Counted from the stretch's first letter, positions 27,304 to 42,649 are shown. The stretch: 64,000 nucleotides of DNA from Bigelowiella natans CCMP2755 (GCA_000320545.1 ADNK01003366.1:52740-116739), one strand, 5' to 3'. Notes: generated by a model from the letters alone, not told the origin. Translations and numbers: made by a program.

Positions 27304-27379
27304 ATATATTGTATTGTGTTAGATAGTTGTTACTTACAGATAACGAGGACAAGGCCTCTTAGTATGTGGGTTATTGACC

Positions 27380-27414
<35 letters not shown>

Positions 27415-28685
27415 TGATGATGACGATGACGATGAGGAGGAAAGAAGAGAGATATTCTTAGATATATTATCGGAGAAATAATATGTAGTATAGGTCATGA
27501 AATACTACTATAGCTACTACTACAAACGTATATTATGCATTAGTACTAACACCAAGCATATTGTGCTCATTTACCTTAAAAATCATCACAATCATCATCA
27601 ACAACAACACAATTATAAATTAGGAAGCATAAGACTCATCATCATCACTGTCACACATACCAAGCTGCTGCAGCTCCTCTCTCGCCTATTTTACATCGGA
27701 GAAAAAGAAGAAGAAGAAGAAGAAGATATTTAAATAAAAGGGGTATTAAGACAAACAACATCAATAATAAGTCCTTGGCAGGGGAAACAAAAGAAGAGAG
27801 TATAAATCGTCCTTGAAACGCAGTAGATAATATATCATCTTGGTTTCTTTTTCGGATTATTGAGCAGAGAAGAATATATTCAAGGCAGGTACGGTTCATT
27901 CATTGATTTATTGAAGATCTATGTACATGTAGAAGAAGTGTTTGCATATAAAATGTGCTCGCAAACATACAAAGTGAGTACCTTCCTATTGATTCATGGT
28001 TACTATTGTCATTGTTACTGTTGGTTGTATTAGTCATCATCATTACCTAATTTGAGAACTCCAACTAAATAATACGTCACCATTATATGTATCGGTAACG
28101 TAAATCCAGATACATACCATAATGGCCGGGTAACACCCTTGATAATGAAAATGATAATAATATTAATTAATCACAATAATTGTGATAATAATATTAACAG
28201 ATTTTCAACAAAAGTAGTGGAAATGGCAAGAGGCAAGCAGTAACAATACCGAGAGAGTAGTAGCTCAAACACACACACACACATCCTATTACGTACTACC
28301 TACTACCTGTGCAGACAAATATCGTTGAAAGGCCAGCGACAGAGCGTAACCATATGTGCCTGGGATTAAAAACCTGATAGTTGATGATGATGACGATGAT
28401 GATGCTGGTACAACAAGCTGTTGGTATGAAGTGTTAGGTCAATTATTATATCTATTTTGACGATGATGTGTGTGCTGAACTTCTTCGCATGTTGTTATAT
28501 CTATTCGAGTATTATGTAGCCGTAGTTAAGTAACAGTAAACACATGCTATCATATGATGATGTTATCAGTCAAGAAGAATGCCTATTTAAAGTCACCTGA
28601 CGTAGTTGCTGGCTATCTTTGCCATATCAACAGTTTGCCCTGAAAACACGACAATATGGATTCATTGTTGGTACTATTAGCTGTG

Positions 28686-28727
<42 letters not shown>

Positions 28728-28797
28728 ATGTGTGTGTGTGTGTGTGTGTCTGTGTGTGTGTGTGTGTGTTTGATTATTATTTCTGCATGTAAAGATA

Positions 28798-28837
<40 letters not shown>

Positions 28838-29127
28838 AAGATACAGGAAAATTTTCTCCGAATTGTAAAATATGGCTGCATCTGGTAATTAGATAAATTA
28901 TAAAAGAGATTATATCATCATCACTTAGTGGTAGGAGAAGAATCTATATGATGCAAAATACAAATACATTTATGTACTAGGATCAAAGGTAGTAGTAGGT
29001 GCAACCAACCGATTGAAGCAACGATAAATAGCAAAATGATGCCTCTTAAAAGAATCTGTTATATGGATCAGTCATGATTCAGAGTGTGATAAAAAAGGCA
29101 AACATTGTTAGATTCACTGCCCCCAGC

Positions 29128-29165
<38 letters not shown>

Positions 29166-30215
29166 ACACACACACACACACACACATTCTACAACTACTA
29201 CTCATACGAATACTAATACTACTGTTACTACTTAGTAGAATGAATTACTACCTCGAGCATGAGATGATAACATTTTCTTCCATATGCCTTGGTCAACACC
29301 AACAAAAACAACAACAACAACAACAACAACAAACAACAACAAACAACAACAGCGATAATATTCGAACATCGAAGAATCATGGAGGAGCGAAAGTCATTAT
29401 TAAACATGAAATAATGTATTAGGTACTACTTAGCCGCACATCGTATTCACCACCACCATTTCATCATCAAGTAACCGTAACAGTCCATAATCGTGAATGC
29501 AGAGTAGTAAGCAGCACAAAATAATAAGACTATAAACTACTACCACTGATAGAATCACCACCATCAACAATATAACAACAACAACAGCAACAACATCTTG
29601 ACCAAACAACCTGAGAGCTTAGAGTGTCTATACCTTCCGATAATCCAAGGAGAATTGTAGATCCTACCATACTGAGTACAAGTAAATACATCATCATCAT
29701 ACGGATCGAAGTAGTTGTTGTAGTAGTAGTCGTCATCAGGAGGAAATGTGATCAATAGAGTAATATAAGGTCATGAATGGTGAAAAGGATATTTACCAAT
29801 TCTGCAGGTTATTGGAAACTACTACTACTACATTCCGTAATCTCTTCATCATCATCATTATTATCATCTACCTCCCAAAGGTAGAACCGACAGCAATTCC
29901 TCCCAATTGCTGAGGTCCTGCTAAACGTCCAACCAAGACCAACGAGGAAATAGTCACCCCATATCCTGAAAGCTGTTGCATGACGTTTGGAAGGCCAATC
30001 TTGAATATCAACCAAGCTTCCTCAAATACCGACAACGAGATGTCTTCTCCAGCAATAATTTCAGGCAGATCTTCTCCTTTTTCACCAAGAAAACCAGTGG
30101 GTAATTTTTCATCACTAGCTCTAGAAGGATGTGTTGCAATGAGAAGGGGCGTGGATTCATGAGGATGAGACTTCATGGGTGCTCGTAAATCGGTAAGTTC
30201 TCTCTCTAACCCCAT
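23344..30215 (-). CDS. MATE (multidrug and toxic compound extrusion) family transporter, multi-exon gene span
   Basis: Exons: EEAWLIFKIGLP...LVGRLAGPQQLGGIAVGSTF (29880-30215), MVGSTILLGLSEGIDTLSSQ, ACEFWAFEVLVLMAGTLPNP (~26505-26565), SGISMAVRVRVGANLG (~26053-26100), VVIQQLFDGL, GMLRGAGKQSLG, AYFIICLPLAYVLAF, GVPGL...INWLKE. Stop inferred at ~23344. Confidence 0.92.
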
Positions 30216-30552
30216 GTATCACTCACTTCTTGGGTGATGTATAAAGTTACAGATTAAGTTTCCTCTGAGCTATTCCTCAACATCAATTTCTACTATGTTG
30301 CTATCCCCTCATTGAGCATTAGTTTTCTTCCAATGGTTATCCTGAAGACTTTGCCTTCTTCCGATATGTGTTCTGCAGTACTTCGTGGTATGACACTCTA
30401 ACCAGGTTGCTCCCCAGGCTGCTCTCTAGTTAAGGCTGGTGATGTTTCAACTTATTGGTGCAACTGAGTAGCAGTAGTAGTAGTGGTAGTGGTAGTAGTA
30501 GTTAGTAGTAGTTGTTAGTAGTAGTAGTAGTAGTAGTAGTAGCGGTAAATCT

Positions 30553-30768
30553 AGTAACAGTGACTGACTGTGAATATCTACCAGGAAGAGGGACGGATGG
30601 AGGGAGGAGGAGGATGGATGGCTCTTTGAGCAGTAGGGTAGGTAGGTAGATGCTAACAGTGACTGAGTATGAATATCTACGAGGAGGAGGGAGGGATGGA
30701 GGGAGGAGGGGGAGGATGGTTCCTCCTTGAGTAGTAGTAGTAGTAGTAGGGTAGGTAGATTAGATGCT
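30553..30768. repeat. About 100-bp diverged tandem duplication in the MATE/PSMG3 divergent intergenic region
   Basis: Two copies of taacagtgactga.t.tgaatatctac.agga.gagg...gatggagggagg...ttgag.agtagggtaggtag...tagatgc. Confidence 0.85.
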
Positions 30769-31129
30769 CACACTCCACAATCTATCTTGTAGTACAAATA
30801 TTCCATATTTAGTCCAGAAATAACACTCAAAACATCCCACTATATATTTATTTATTTTAAAATGAATTCCATAATTTGTTATCACGAGAGAAAATATTTG
30901 ATAAATTTTCTCCGATTATTTAGGCTTAAAGTAATGTCTATTACAATGTAAGAATTATAACACTAATTGCAACAATAACAACAACCATCAGAGAGCTAGA
31001 AGACGAACGAGGAGGAGGAGGAGGAGGAGGACCCCCCATCTCAACAATAATAATTAAATAGCACAACGAGGAGATCGAGAACAGCAACAGGACGGCGAGG
31101 CAGGATTCGCACACCCACCACCACCGAAT

Positions 31130-31766
31130 ATGAATGGCAGCAATAGACAACAGCAGCAGCAACACCCTTTAGAGAAAAATGTCCGAAAGGGCAAAGTGAC
31201 AATAAACGGTGTCCTCACTGACCTGGTACTCACAGCGTATTCCAATAAGGTCTTCATAATCGCCACTCAGAACGGAAAATGTGGCACTTTGGTTCGTGAT
31301 AAGTCCTACATTATCCCTATTGTATAACGCACAAAACGACGTCTATCTTTGGAATATTAGGTAACAGCTGAAAGGGATACTAAATCTTTAAGTGCGGGAG
31401 CTACTTCTAAAGATGTCACATATAGTACGAAGACACTAATTGGAAAGAGGTATCAATTATACAAGCGCTGGCTAGTTTGAAAAAAGCTATTATTCTCTGC
31501 TGCAGCCACGTTATGGAAAATCAAGTATTTTAATATTAACAATTGTACATAGGGAGGACCCGTATATAAGCCTTCTCGCAAGAAATTTAGTAGCAAAGAT
31601 CGGCTTAACGGGAAGATCGCTCTTGTTGGGAATCAATATTGTAAGTTGTAGTAGACCCGAAACTTTGGAAATAAAGCAATTAGTAAATCACTCTTTGTTT
31701 TCGAGCAGAAAGACTTAGATGTAGCTTCAACGAAGGATTTGATAAAAGCAATCGAAACCTTGAAGG
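31130..31766 (+). CDS. PSMG3: Proteasome assembly chaperone 3 (PAC3)-like, compact introns; final codons not resolved
   Basis: Spliced peptide TINGVLTDLVLTAYSNKVFIIATQNGKCGTL|VTAE...YSTKTLIGKR|EDPYISLLARNLV...SLLLGINI|KDLDVASTKDLIKAIE matches the PAC3 pattern (F+++ TQ GK GTL ... LLG R ... AR L). Introns are about 70-100 bp. Confidence 0.82.
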
Positions 31767-31949
31767 TACCTTTCTTGACTTTGAATTCCATTTCACGACT
31801 TATTGGCGGTGTCTCTTTGCAATGGACAAAAGGTTTGGTGACTAATTTCGTTAATGGCGGCGCATATCGATATGGATGGACTATCTGTAACATTATTTAA
31901 GTGATTATCATCGAGGAATGGATCCAGTGCAGTAGACTTGATGCGTCCT

Positions 31950-32900
31950 ATTTCGATCCTACTTGGAACACAAAAGCACAGCTAATGCTTTGAAGCTGAA
32001 ATACGCTTACATATAGATGGCTTCCATCATGCACACATGCGTAGGATAATGATATGTTACATGATAATGTAGCGCTGTATGTGTGGCACGCTGCAGTCGC
32101 GATCATCGCAACATGCTGGCGATCGGCCAACACGTCCAAGCGCAATGAGTGCAGCTTGCAGATCAGCATTAGCAGCAAAATTCGAAAGTGTCATTCGTCA
32201 TCATCCCGCGCGTACGTGTGTGTGTGCGCAATGATTGATCAAGTAGCTTAGCAGTGTGATCGAAACAAAGCCCAGTGGCTGTTGGACACGCTGCATGTGC
32301 ATTTCTGTCGTGACGTACAGCTAAACGCAATGCGATGCGGCGCTACGCTATGAGGTGTGTGTGCATGCAATGTGCGATGTGTATACGTCGAACAGCAACC
32401 CTTGCGTCATTATTGGACCCGCACGCATCATTTGCGCACTCATGCAATTTTATTTACAGCAATCGTATAACCATCACGTAGTACATCAATAGTTCAACCA
32501 ATGATTGTGTACAGCGTGTGCACAGGTCGCTCTGCGTTTCCACTTGCCATTCTGTGAATTTCTGAATCACTCACTTCTTCTAGTGGTGTCGATCATGCTA
32601 TGCGTGCACGATGAACAACTTGTTAGCCATAGCTAGTTAGATAGCGTAGTAGCAGCGTGCAAACAAATTAATGGCTGCTGCCGGCTGCAAATGACTAGAC
32701 AATGTGTTCGATCGTGCATGAATTTGGTGGTTACAAACTTTGTTGGGCTTCACGCACACGCAGCGTGGAAAGGACATGAACATGTGACATACGCACATGT
32801 GCGCTCTATACCGTGCTAGCGTGACCGTTGATTGTTCACTCTTCAATTCAAGGCGCAGCCTCACTACGGAATGATGTTAGTGATCAACGAGATCACTGCA
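31950..32900. other. Partially TpA-depleted, TGCA/CATG/CG-rich intergenic island between convergent genes
   Basis: About 13 TpA in 32101-32460, many in TAG/CTA context. Alternating purine-pyrimidine runs such as gcgcgtacgtgtgtgtgtgcgca. Composition is distinct from the flanking introns. Confidence 0.6.
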
Positions 32901-33107
32901 TTTCACAATTTTAAATAAATTCCGTGGCAACTGAAATCTTTAACCTCACCAAACAGTATCGTTATGGAAGTCTGACCTCTCCATTACATGCTCTGCTGCC
33001 ATTAGTGAGTATTCCAACTACCCATAAACCCTTCGATGCCTTTTAATTCCTATTCGTACGACACCACACACACACACAGGAATACACTCATTTACCACAC
33101 AAATTCA

Positions 33108-33146
<39 letters not shown>

Positions 33147-33223
33147 ATATACATATAAAATTTGCGTGTAATCACGCAAATAATACCTTCATATAGGCCA
33201 TGTATTCGTTTCGAATTTCTTTC

Positions 33224-34008
33224 CTATTCATGAAGTTCTTCCTGTGACATCATCAAAACTTCATGTGAAACAGAGCCCATTTGTCCAAGCAGATAGCTGA
33301 TTCTTAGATTGAAAGTATGGTGAAAAGGACGAGCTTCTCCTCGGTTATATATAATTTGCCCGCTACTACTACTACTACTACTACTACTACTATCATATAA
33401 TATCATATCAATACAAGGACTAGAGCACCACCTTGACTCTTGAAACTTCCATGGGAAAACACTACATTGAGGGTCTCTTAGACTTCCTGATACTCTGGCC
33501 AACTTCTTATAATCGAAAGGACGACGAACACGTCGAGTAATAGCGCTCACCTCATTTGAGTATTTGCGAGCGTTTTGAGACCGCAACGAGCTTAGAATGG
33601 AGGGGTTTTGATTTCCTCTTCTAGCTACTGAGGATTTATCACCGGTTATCGTTGTCGCAGCAGCAGCAGCAGCAGTAGCAGCAAAAATATGTTTTCTGTC
33701 TTGATGCTGAGAGGAGTAAATCTTGTGACTGTTTAGAGGAAGCGGAAGAGGAAGAGGAGGAGGAGGAGGGGGATGAGGAGGATATGATAATCTGTAAGTG
33801 ACAACAACATAGTAGTACAACATCATCATACAATTTGTTAATATGACGAGGAGGAGGACGAAATACAGGACAGACTGCAGCACGATTGACACAACACCAG
33901 TAAGTAGCAGCAGCAGCACAAACAGAAGATCTACCCAACCTCACTCTCAATCTCAAGTAAAAAAAGGAATATCGTTTTTAGTAAAGCCTTCTTGTCATGT
34001 TCTTACTA

Positions 34009-34043
<35 letters not shown>

Positions 34044-35097
34044 TATATCTTCGTTGATGAATCACCTATCATAAATATAATAATAATAATGACTACACAA
34101 CCTGTTGTCAGACGAATGAACGATAGGTGAAATATTTGCTGGTGATATGCTGCTGCTGTTAGCTCCTACTTTGGTTTCCCTCCCACTACTACGATTGTTG
34201 CGGCTCAACCCCCCATTTTGTTGTAGGTTGTCAGTCTTCTTATCTTGCTGTAGCTGCTGCTGCTGCCTACTACTTCTTTTCCCAATTGACGACCCCATCG
34301 CCCGATTATTCTGCTTTCTGTCATCATCACCACCATCTCTACCAACACTATATTCTGCTGCTTTAGCACTTGCAGTAGTAGTAGTATCTGTGACATTGAT
34401 GATTTGATCAGGTTGTTGGGTCTGCTGTCCTCCTTGTTGCTCTTGCCACGAAGTAGAACTAGTGGGACCTGCAATTCCATCATCAATCACTCATTCAATC
34501 AATCACTCTATCAATCAGTGTTATAAGCAGTAGCGACCTCCAGCAAAAACAATAGTACAAATAAGAGTAGCTGTAATGGCAAGTGGTAGTCATCGTTAAA
34601 GAAGAAGAAGAACAACAAGCAGTAGTAGTTGTTGTAGTCGTGTTTGCTATTGTTTGCTTTGTATATTGGGGTTGTATAGTTTGCTTTATATATTGGAGTT
34701 GTAGTCGTGTTTACTATTGTTTGCTTTGTATATTGGCTGCATAACCATAATTGAGCTAATGAGTGAGTAAGTGGGATAGTGCGAGAAGGAAGAGGAGGAG
34801 GATAAGGAGGAGAAGGGGGAGGGAAATTATGTATAATACTGCTTTACGTAGATGAGAAAGTAGTGCTGTACTAGCGTTCCGTTATATATCTATATGTAAT
34901 GATGGTGTCATCATCCCCTGGGTGGAAGATAATAGATACTATTTATATTATTACTTGCAACTCAGGTACTAGTAAAATGTTGTTGTATTATATAACTTAC
35001 GGTAGAATCTCCTCACTGTTGATCTCAAGTGTATGGATTCAATAATTCCATGAAAACGACATCTATCAAGATAAACTCGAAGAGGTCTCCTGAGTAG

Positions 35098-35130
<33 letters not shown>

Positions 35131-35951
35131 TAACAACAACAACAATATTTTGACAATACCAGTAAGAATTACACCAAAGACAATTTAAACTCTCAGTTAG
35201 CTACTACTGCAACTACTACTACTACTACTACTACTACTACATACTGATTTCTAAAAGCTTCTGCATGACGATTAGATGGAAAAAGGATATTGACTTTACC
35301 CCGGATACCACCGCAACCTTTGTCATTGCAGTAGTAAGTAGTAGTAGTAGTAGTAGTAGTAGTAGGAGGAGGAGGAGGAGGAGGAGAAGTAGTAGCACAC
35401 AAAAGGCACAAAAAACAACATTATATTGAGACTACTACTACTACTAGTAGTAGTGGGTAAAAGTTAAATGGGGTGGTGTTTGGGAGACTACCATTACTAC
35501 TTTTACTACTACTACTGCTATTGCTGCTACTACTAAAAATATCACTGATTAGCAGATAGAGATTCTATCTATCATCATTTTTAATATTTGAGAAGGGGGC
35601 TAATATTTTAGATGAAGAAGATATGTACATTTTATAGCAGAGACTCATTTTACCTATTTTCTTTTTATTACTGTAGTGCTACTACTACTACTACTACTCT
35701 AATCATATGACCTCCTCCTCTTTCTTCTTCTGCTGGTAATATATCTGACATTCGTATATGAGATACTGCTATACCCGTGAGTTTACTCACGGAAAGGCAG
35801 ATATCTTCTTTTAGATTATTGTGCTGGTAGGGAGGAGTTGCTGCTGCTGTGGAATATTTAACAACAATTTAGAACAAATGCATGCAAAGTAGAAATTATG
35901 ACAGAAGGAAGGAAGAAAGAAGACAAAGCACCACCCCATAGCAAATGATTG

Positions 35952-35987
<36 letters not shown>

Positions 35988-36680
35988 TAGCACTTGAGTC
36001 ACATCTATCTATTGCCATAATAATATCAACAATATTATAATTTTCATTTATTACTCTTATCATCATTATCAAATCATCATCGTCGTCATCATCATCATCA
36101 TTTGTCCTTTGAGTTGGCTTATAGAAATCATTTATTTATGAACATAAATAACGATATGAATGGTGCTCTATGTATGGTGGAAACATTATTTGTTACTACA
36201 GAACCAAAAAAACCGAAGAAGATGAGAAGATAAGAAGATACTTGTTCTTTTCTAATTTCGAATAATTATATATTATATGAAGATGCTATGTTCGATTAAT
36301 TACCACTTCTTTCTCCTCTTCCTTCTCTGCTGCTGATTCTGCTACCGAATAATCGCCTTTTCTTCGAGGAGGAGGAGGAGGAAAAAAGGAGCTCTAAACT
36401 TATTCCCAGGAAGAGTATTGACATTGTTACTTCTCTCATCGGTTGTTCCTTAGATTCCTTGAAATAAGATAACAATAATTAATGTTAGTGATATGAATAA
36501 ATACAAACAAAAACGATCTGTATTTATGCCGAATCATGTCAATTGGGTGCGATCTTTCTTGTCGTTATTATTTGCATATAAATTGAACAGAAGTAGTGCA
36601 TATACATCACCACCATATCATTATTTCCTGCTCAAAAGATTGTAGTAGTAGTAGTAGTAGTAGTAGTGAAGAAGAAGAAG

Positions 36681-36711
<31 letters not shown>

Positions 36712-37184
36712 GGAAGCAGCACTAGTAGTAGTAGTAGTAGACGAGAGGACATTCTTCTGTGCACTTACTTGTATCAACGTCGTCATCATCGTCCTGTCAC
36801 CTCTCTTTCCTTCTCTTACATCCTTTTCTTCTACTTTTTGCTGTTTAATTGGTTTGTTTATACAGTATATAATAAAGTACAGAATTGACAACACGATAAA
36901 CAACAAATACAACAACAATAGCGACAACAAAAAACTAATTATGAAGGAGGAATGATACATGAACGAGAAAGAAAAATGGTTCTAAAAATGTGTATTATAT
37001 TTATTGCAGGGTGACGTAGTAGTAGTAGTAGTAGTAGTAGTAGTAATAGTAATAGTAGTAGTAGTAGTAGTAGTAGTAATAGTAGTAGTAGTACAACATG
37101 AGCGGCATTCAAAGTAACACACTACTACTACTACTACTACTATTACTTCTACATAATAAGTGCAGTTTTATTGCTTGAAGATAG

Positions 37185-37219
<35 letters not shown>

Positions 37220-39006
37220 ACATACACATTCACACACTCATACATACACACACACATACATACATACATGCATATTGCTATGGAAGAAACCTGATGGTTG
37301 TTGCTACTACTACTACTACTACTATTCTGTTGAGGAGTAGACGTAGATAGGTTCAGCTGATCATTTTGCTTCGAAATAATTTCTTGTTGGACTTCTAGTT
37401 TTTCCAGAAGTGTTTCTTGCATCTTGAGCTTAAAAACAAGTAGACCAATAATAGTAGCAGCAGCAGTAGTAGTAGTAGTAGCAGCAGTAGTAGGAAACAC
37501 ATGCAGAGGTAGCAAAGGGAAAGTAATAAGAAGCACTAAAAAAAAATTGTGTGTGTGTTTGTGTTTGTGTGTGTGAAATTCATGCAACATCGTCCTCGTC
37601 ATCCTTTACCACCACTACTACTACTACTACAACTACTACGACGTTTTCTTGCTACTGCACTTTTGGCATGTGCAGTGATGTTGAACTGTGATCCATGGTT
37701 GTTGTTCTCTCCTTTACTACTTTATTGTTGTTGTTGTTGTTGTTACTATTAGTAGTACTAGTGGCAGTTAAACTCACAAGTCTTTGAATCTGCTGCTCCA
37801 TGATCTCCTTGCTGGAACTTCTGCTTCTCCCAGATGATGATGTTGTTGTGATGGTAGTGTTGCTATTCACAAGTCTTTGAATTTGCTGTTCCAACATTTC
37901 ATCCCTTTTGTTCACCAGTCTTTGGATTTGCTGGTCCAACATTTCCTTCTCTTTCCTCCTTTCACTTCTTCTTCTTCTTCTTGCTCTTGTTTCTCCATTC
38001 GCAGCAACAATCTCGACATCATCATCACCATCATCCAGACTCGAAGATAGAGCTATTCCCTTGAGTTGATTGTTGTGTTTTTCTTGTTTAGAATTCTCCT
38101 CACAACCCTCGCTGATTTGAGAAAGTAGGCGGAGGTTTCGTTGATTCCCATGCTTGTGATCTCCTCTCATTGAAGACGACAGAGTCGGTGATGATGACAA
38201 TGGTATGTGAACTTCGTCGCTGCTATCAAGTTGATGATGTTGTTGTTCATGCTCCTCCTGCTGCTGCATTGATATCCTCTGCTGAGCTTGAGCTTGTGCG
38301 TGGAATCGCTTTCGAAATGCCTTATTGTTGTCATTTAAGATGATGATGATGATGATGATAATGATTGATGATAATGATTGATGAGGATGGTGACAATGAC
38401 GACGGTAAATGGCAAACAAGAAAGAAACAAAAGTGCACACTATGGGAATACTAGTACTTGAGCAGGTGAGGTAATGATCTTGACCACGGATTAAATTAAG
38501 GAGGTTGGTTAGGTTAGGTTAGGTTAGTTTAGTTTAGCTTAGGGGGATTAATTAAACAAAGCAAAGTAAAGCAAAGTATTTAGCTTAGGGGGATTAATTA
38601 AACAAAGCAAAGTAAAGCAAAGTAGCAATATTCTACTTCCCCCCCTCACTAATACTACTCCACACATTATGAATTCTTCTTACTACCTGAGGGTTGATGG
38701 CAGGAGGAGACGATGGAGACGAGTTAAGAGCTGTTGGTAGTTCTTTTTGTTCTTCTTCTTCTTGTTGTATTCGATGTAATGATGAAACTGATTCTGTCGA
38801 TGGTGATTTTAATAGAGAACCAGCAGCCTTCTGGTTGTAGTAGCTACTCGATGATAATGACACAACATTCTCCGCAAGTGTTGATTCAGTCTGAAGAAGA
38901 GAGTTGGAACTAGTTTAGGCTACTATCACAAATTATTATTACTAATTTGTAGTAGTATACTAATAAAAGAATAATGAAGTAGCACAGATCACTACAACTA
39001 CTTCTG

Positions 39007-39039
<33 letters not shown>

Positions 39040-40284
39040 TTACTACTATTTGCTTTGGGTTAGTAATCTAATTGTCCTACTACTACCACCTCGTTGAAGT
39101 TTTTGTGCAATAGAACCGAAGCGCTGTTATGAAGAGAAAATAGTACAAGTGATTAATTTATGAATCAATACACCTATACAGTCATCTTCTGCTGGTACTG
39201 CTGGTACTGCTGATGCTGCTATGGGGAGGCATATGCATAATGATAGACTCTAACGACGTACGTACTATGTTTATGTCAACATTAATAATAAATAAATATA
39301 TAGCATTGGGGAGGAGAGAGGGAGGGGTTATTTGGATTCTTATTTTGGCAGCATGCATGCATAAATAAATACCGTGGACTTGTCATCGGCGTGATATTTG
39401 TACCTCTTGGAAGAAATGACCTATAAGAAGGAGGAGAATATAGAGTGAAAGGCTAAGAGGAAAGTTATGAGATGTGAAAGAGATCATTGCACACTCAAGT
39501 AGGTTACTCATAAATACAAAGAAGAGAAGAGCAAGAATTCATCAGTAAAGTAGTAGTAGTAGTAGTAGTAGTAGTAGCAATAGCATCAGTATGAGAAGTA
39601 TCATTAGTAGTAGTAGTAGTATCATCACCATCAGAGCAAGGGAATCTCACAACAAAAACAACCGTATATTGTTGTTTTTGTTTTGTTTTTTTCCTTTGAG
39701 AAATATTGGTATTAGTAGCAGTAGTAATACCTTTTGTGTGTGTGCATTATTCTAGACGATTGAGCAGTACTAGCTGTTGTTGACGACGTCAATCTATTGA
39801 CTAGCGGTATTCCACCACCACTACCACCACCAATTGGAGTTGGAGTCTGTAATATTTATTAATAATTTACATATCATCATCATCATCATCATCATCATTT
39901 TCAACTAGTAGCGTATTGATTGATGGGGATGTGGATGAGGATGATGATGTTACATGGTGCCTTTATTCGTCAGAATTAAAATGTGAATGAAATTGACAAA
40001 GAAAGACTATTTTCGTCAGAATTTGTTTAAATAACAGTGTTCTAGTGTATATTATGATGATGGTTGATACTACATCTAATCGACTTCTTCTATTTTCCCT
40101 TCGTAATATAGCTTTACAACATTGAATGCTATCTACCTACCGGATGAGCGCCAAATTCAAGTTTACCTTGAGTTATTGTTTTTCCTAAGAAAAGTATGAG
40201 AAACAATAATTGTTGTGTCTGTCTTTTTAAATTAACAAGCTTTTCAGCCAAGTGTTGAGTGGTTCAATCATCATCACAATCACC

Positions 40285-40316
<32 letters not shown>

Positions 40317-42088
40317 CACCATCATACTATTTAAATATCTATATTTTACGACGTCGTTTACGAATTATTACCGTCTTTACTGTAAGCAGCAGGTTGGAAT
40401 CTAGGGTCATCATGGTAATGGTTGATATTCTCTTCCTTTATTCCTGGTGACAGTAGTGGAGAACCTGCTGCTGCTGTTGAAGAATGAACAATTCCCCTTG
40501 GATTTTGTTTGGATTGTGTATTCGGCGAAATCCTGGATGGAAGAGGAGGAGGAGGAGGGCTTGGACTTGAAGTGCTATAAGTATAATAGGTGTCCTCGTT
40601 GTTGTTCGCTAGTGCGACATTATCACCATCATCATCATTTTGACGACGATCATCAATGGGATGACAACGAGATGGCAATAATGGTGGTGAACCAGATGAA
40701 GTAGTAGCAGTATTTTGGAGTTGGTTGTGCATATTCTTCTTCATGCTATTGTTGCTGCTGCCATTATCTCCTACTCCTCCTCCTCCTCCTGTATTGCTGA
40801 CATCTGGGGTCTTATCATAATCATGGGACATTATTATTACATGAATAATTATATAATTTTATTGTTATTACTACATGGATAAAAATGCACAACTTCAGCA
40901 GCAGTAAGTAGAAGTACAAGTTAATTCGAACACACACTCCCAATGAATAATACTGCATATCAACAGAAATAATTTGGCTGATTAGATTCTCTCTCTTGTA
41001 TATTGTTCTTCTTCATCATCATCATCATCATCATCATCATAGTCATGTGTTAAGAGTACTCACTAATGGCTTAAACTGTATTTTTGATAAAGCTGCTGCT
41101 GCCTTTGCCGTTGTTGTTCCTGAGAGTCCAATGCTATGAGGACTGGCAGTCATCCCAACTGATGAACTACTTTCATCGCCTAATCGTTATATTATTCACG
41201 AAGGAGGAGAAGGAGAAGGAGGAGGAAGAGGAGGAGGAAAAGGGGAGGGTGTGTGTGGAATAAACGAATTACACAATGGCAATGCGTCAAGAAGTTGACA
41301 TTATCAAATTCGAAAAAGCATCAGCGACAACAACAATTGAGTTCCATCTCCTGCTCCTTCTCCTCCTCCTCATTCTCAATTATAATATAACTACTACTGC
41401 TGCTGCTTCTTCTACTAAAAATGTTGTTGTACAATATAAGGTGTCCATTCCTAAGTCTGGTCGTTATTGTAGTAGTAGCAGTCGTAGTATCTAGTAATTG
41501 TTTACAGCAGCTAGTTACTTACATACTACTACCTCTATCAGGACTTCTTATCATCGTATTTGAACGATAATATTCGTTTGGACTCCCAACTACAGATGCG
41601 TCACTCTCCTAATAATTTGTCAATAATGATAATTCTTCATCTCCTCATCCATGTTGATAGTATCACTACTACTACTACTACTACTACTACTGTATGATGA
41701 GAATGATTACCGGCCTAGGTGAATGAGGCATAGGAGGACTCCCTAAGATGCCGAAGATAATGGTAAATCATAAAGATGATAAACATCATGACTAATGGAA
41801 TACTTTACAAGGTTGATTCATTACTCAACATATAGGTAGTGCTTAGATTAAATGACTGATAGACGAAAGACTGCAAGGTATCATCTTTTATTTATAACAC
41901 CACCTGCTACTGAATGCTGCTGATGATGATTAAACGAGGGGGAGAAAGATCTACGTGGAGAGTGAAATCCAAGTAGACCTGATGACCCAGATTTATTCTG
42001 GCAATATGAAAGTCATTATCATCATCAGCATCGCCTTTACCATTATTATCATTTATTGTTATTGTTGTGCTACTCAAGGTGTTGTATA

Positions 42089-42119
<31 letters not shown>

Positions 42120-42609
42120 TAACCATTACTACTCAATGTGATTATGATGATGATAATGGTGATGACTTTGGTTAATTAGAGTAACTAAATTATGTTCCAG
42201 AAATGTACTCATAATAGACATATTAGTTAGAAGCAAGATCTGCAGTAGTTTGACGTCAGGTAGAGATGGTATATGCGTATATTTACAGATATTACTTCGA
42301 TTTATTACAACAACAACTACTACTACTACTACTAGCATCTGTTCTACTAATTTGTTAGTTAATTGATAATATAATGACCTTGAGGATTGACCTTATTCTT
42401 CTTTCTGGAGTGGCCATGCCTCGGCTTGGAAAAATGAATGTGTATCGTTCCTATGCAGTAGTAGTAACGTATCAACAAACAACAACAACAACAACAACAA
42501 CAACAAGAAGAAGAAGAAAGAGAAGGGGAAGATGTCAACACAACACATCAAATCTTGAAGTTTCAGTAGTATCTTACAGTTCTACCATCCATAATCTCAT
42601 GATATGCTA

Positions 42610-42649
<40 letters not shown>

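Noticed and set aside
38505-38540. (TTAGG)n as a telomere or interstitial telomeric site
   Set aside because: Only 3-4 perfect units inside an intron of an SSR-saturated genome; chance expansion is sufficient.
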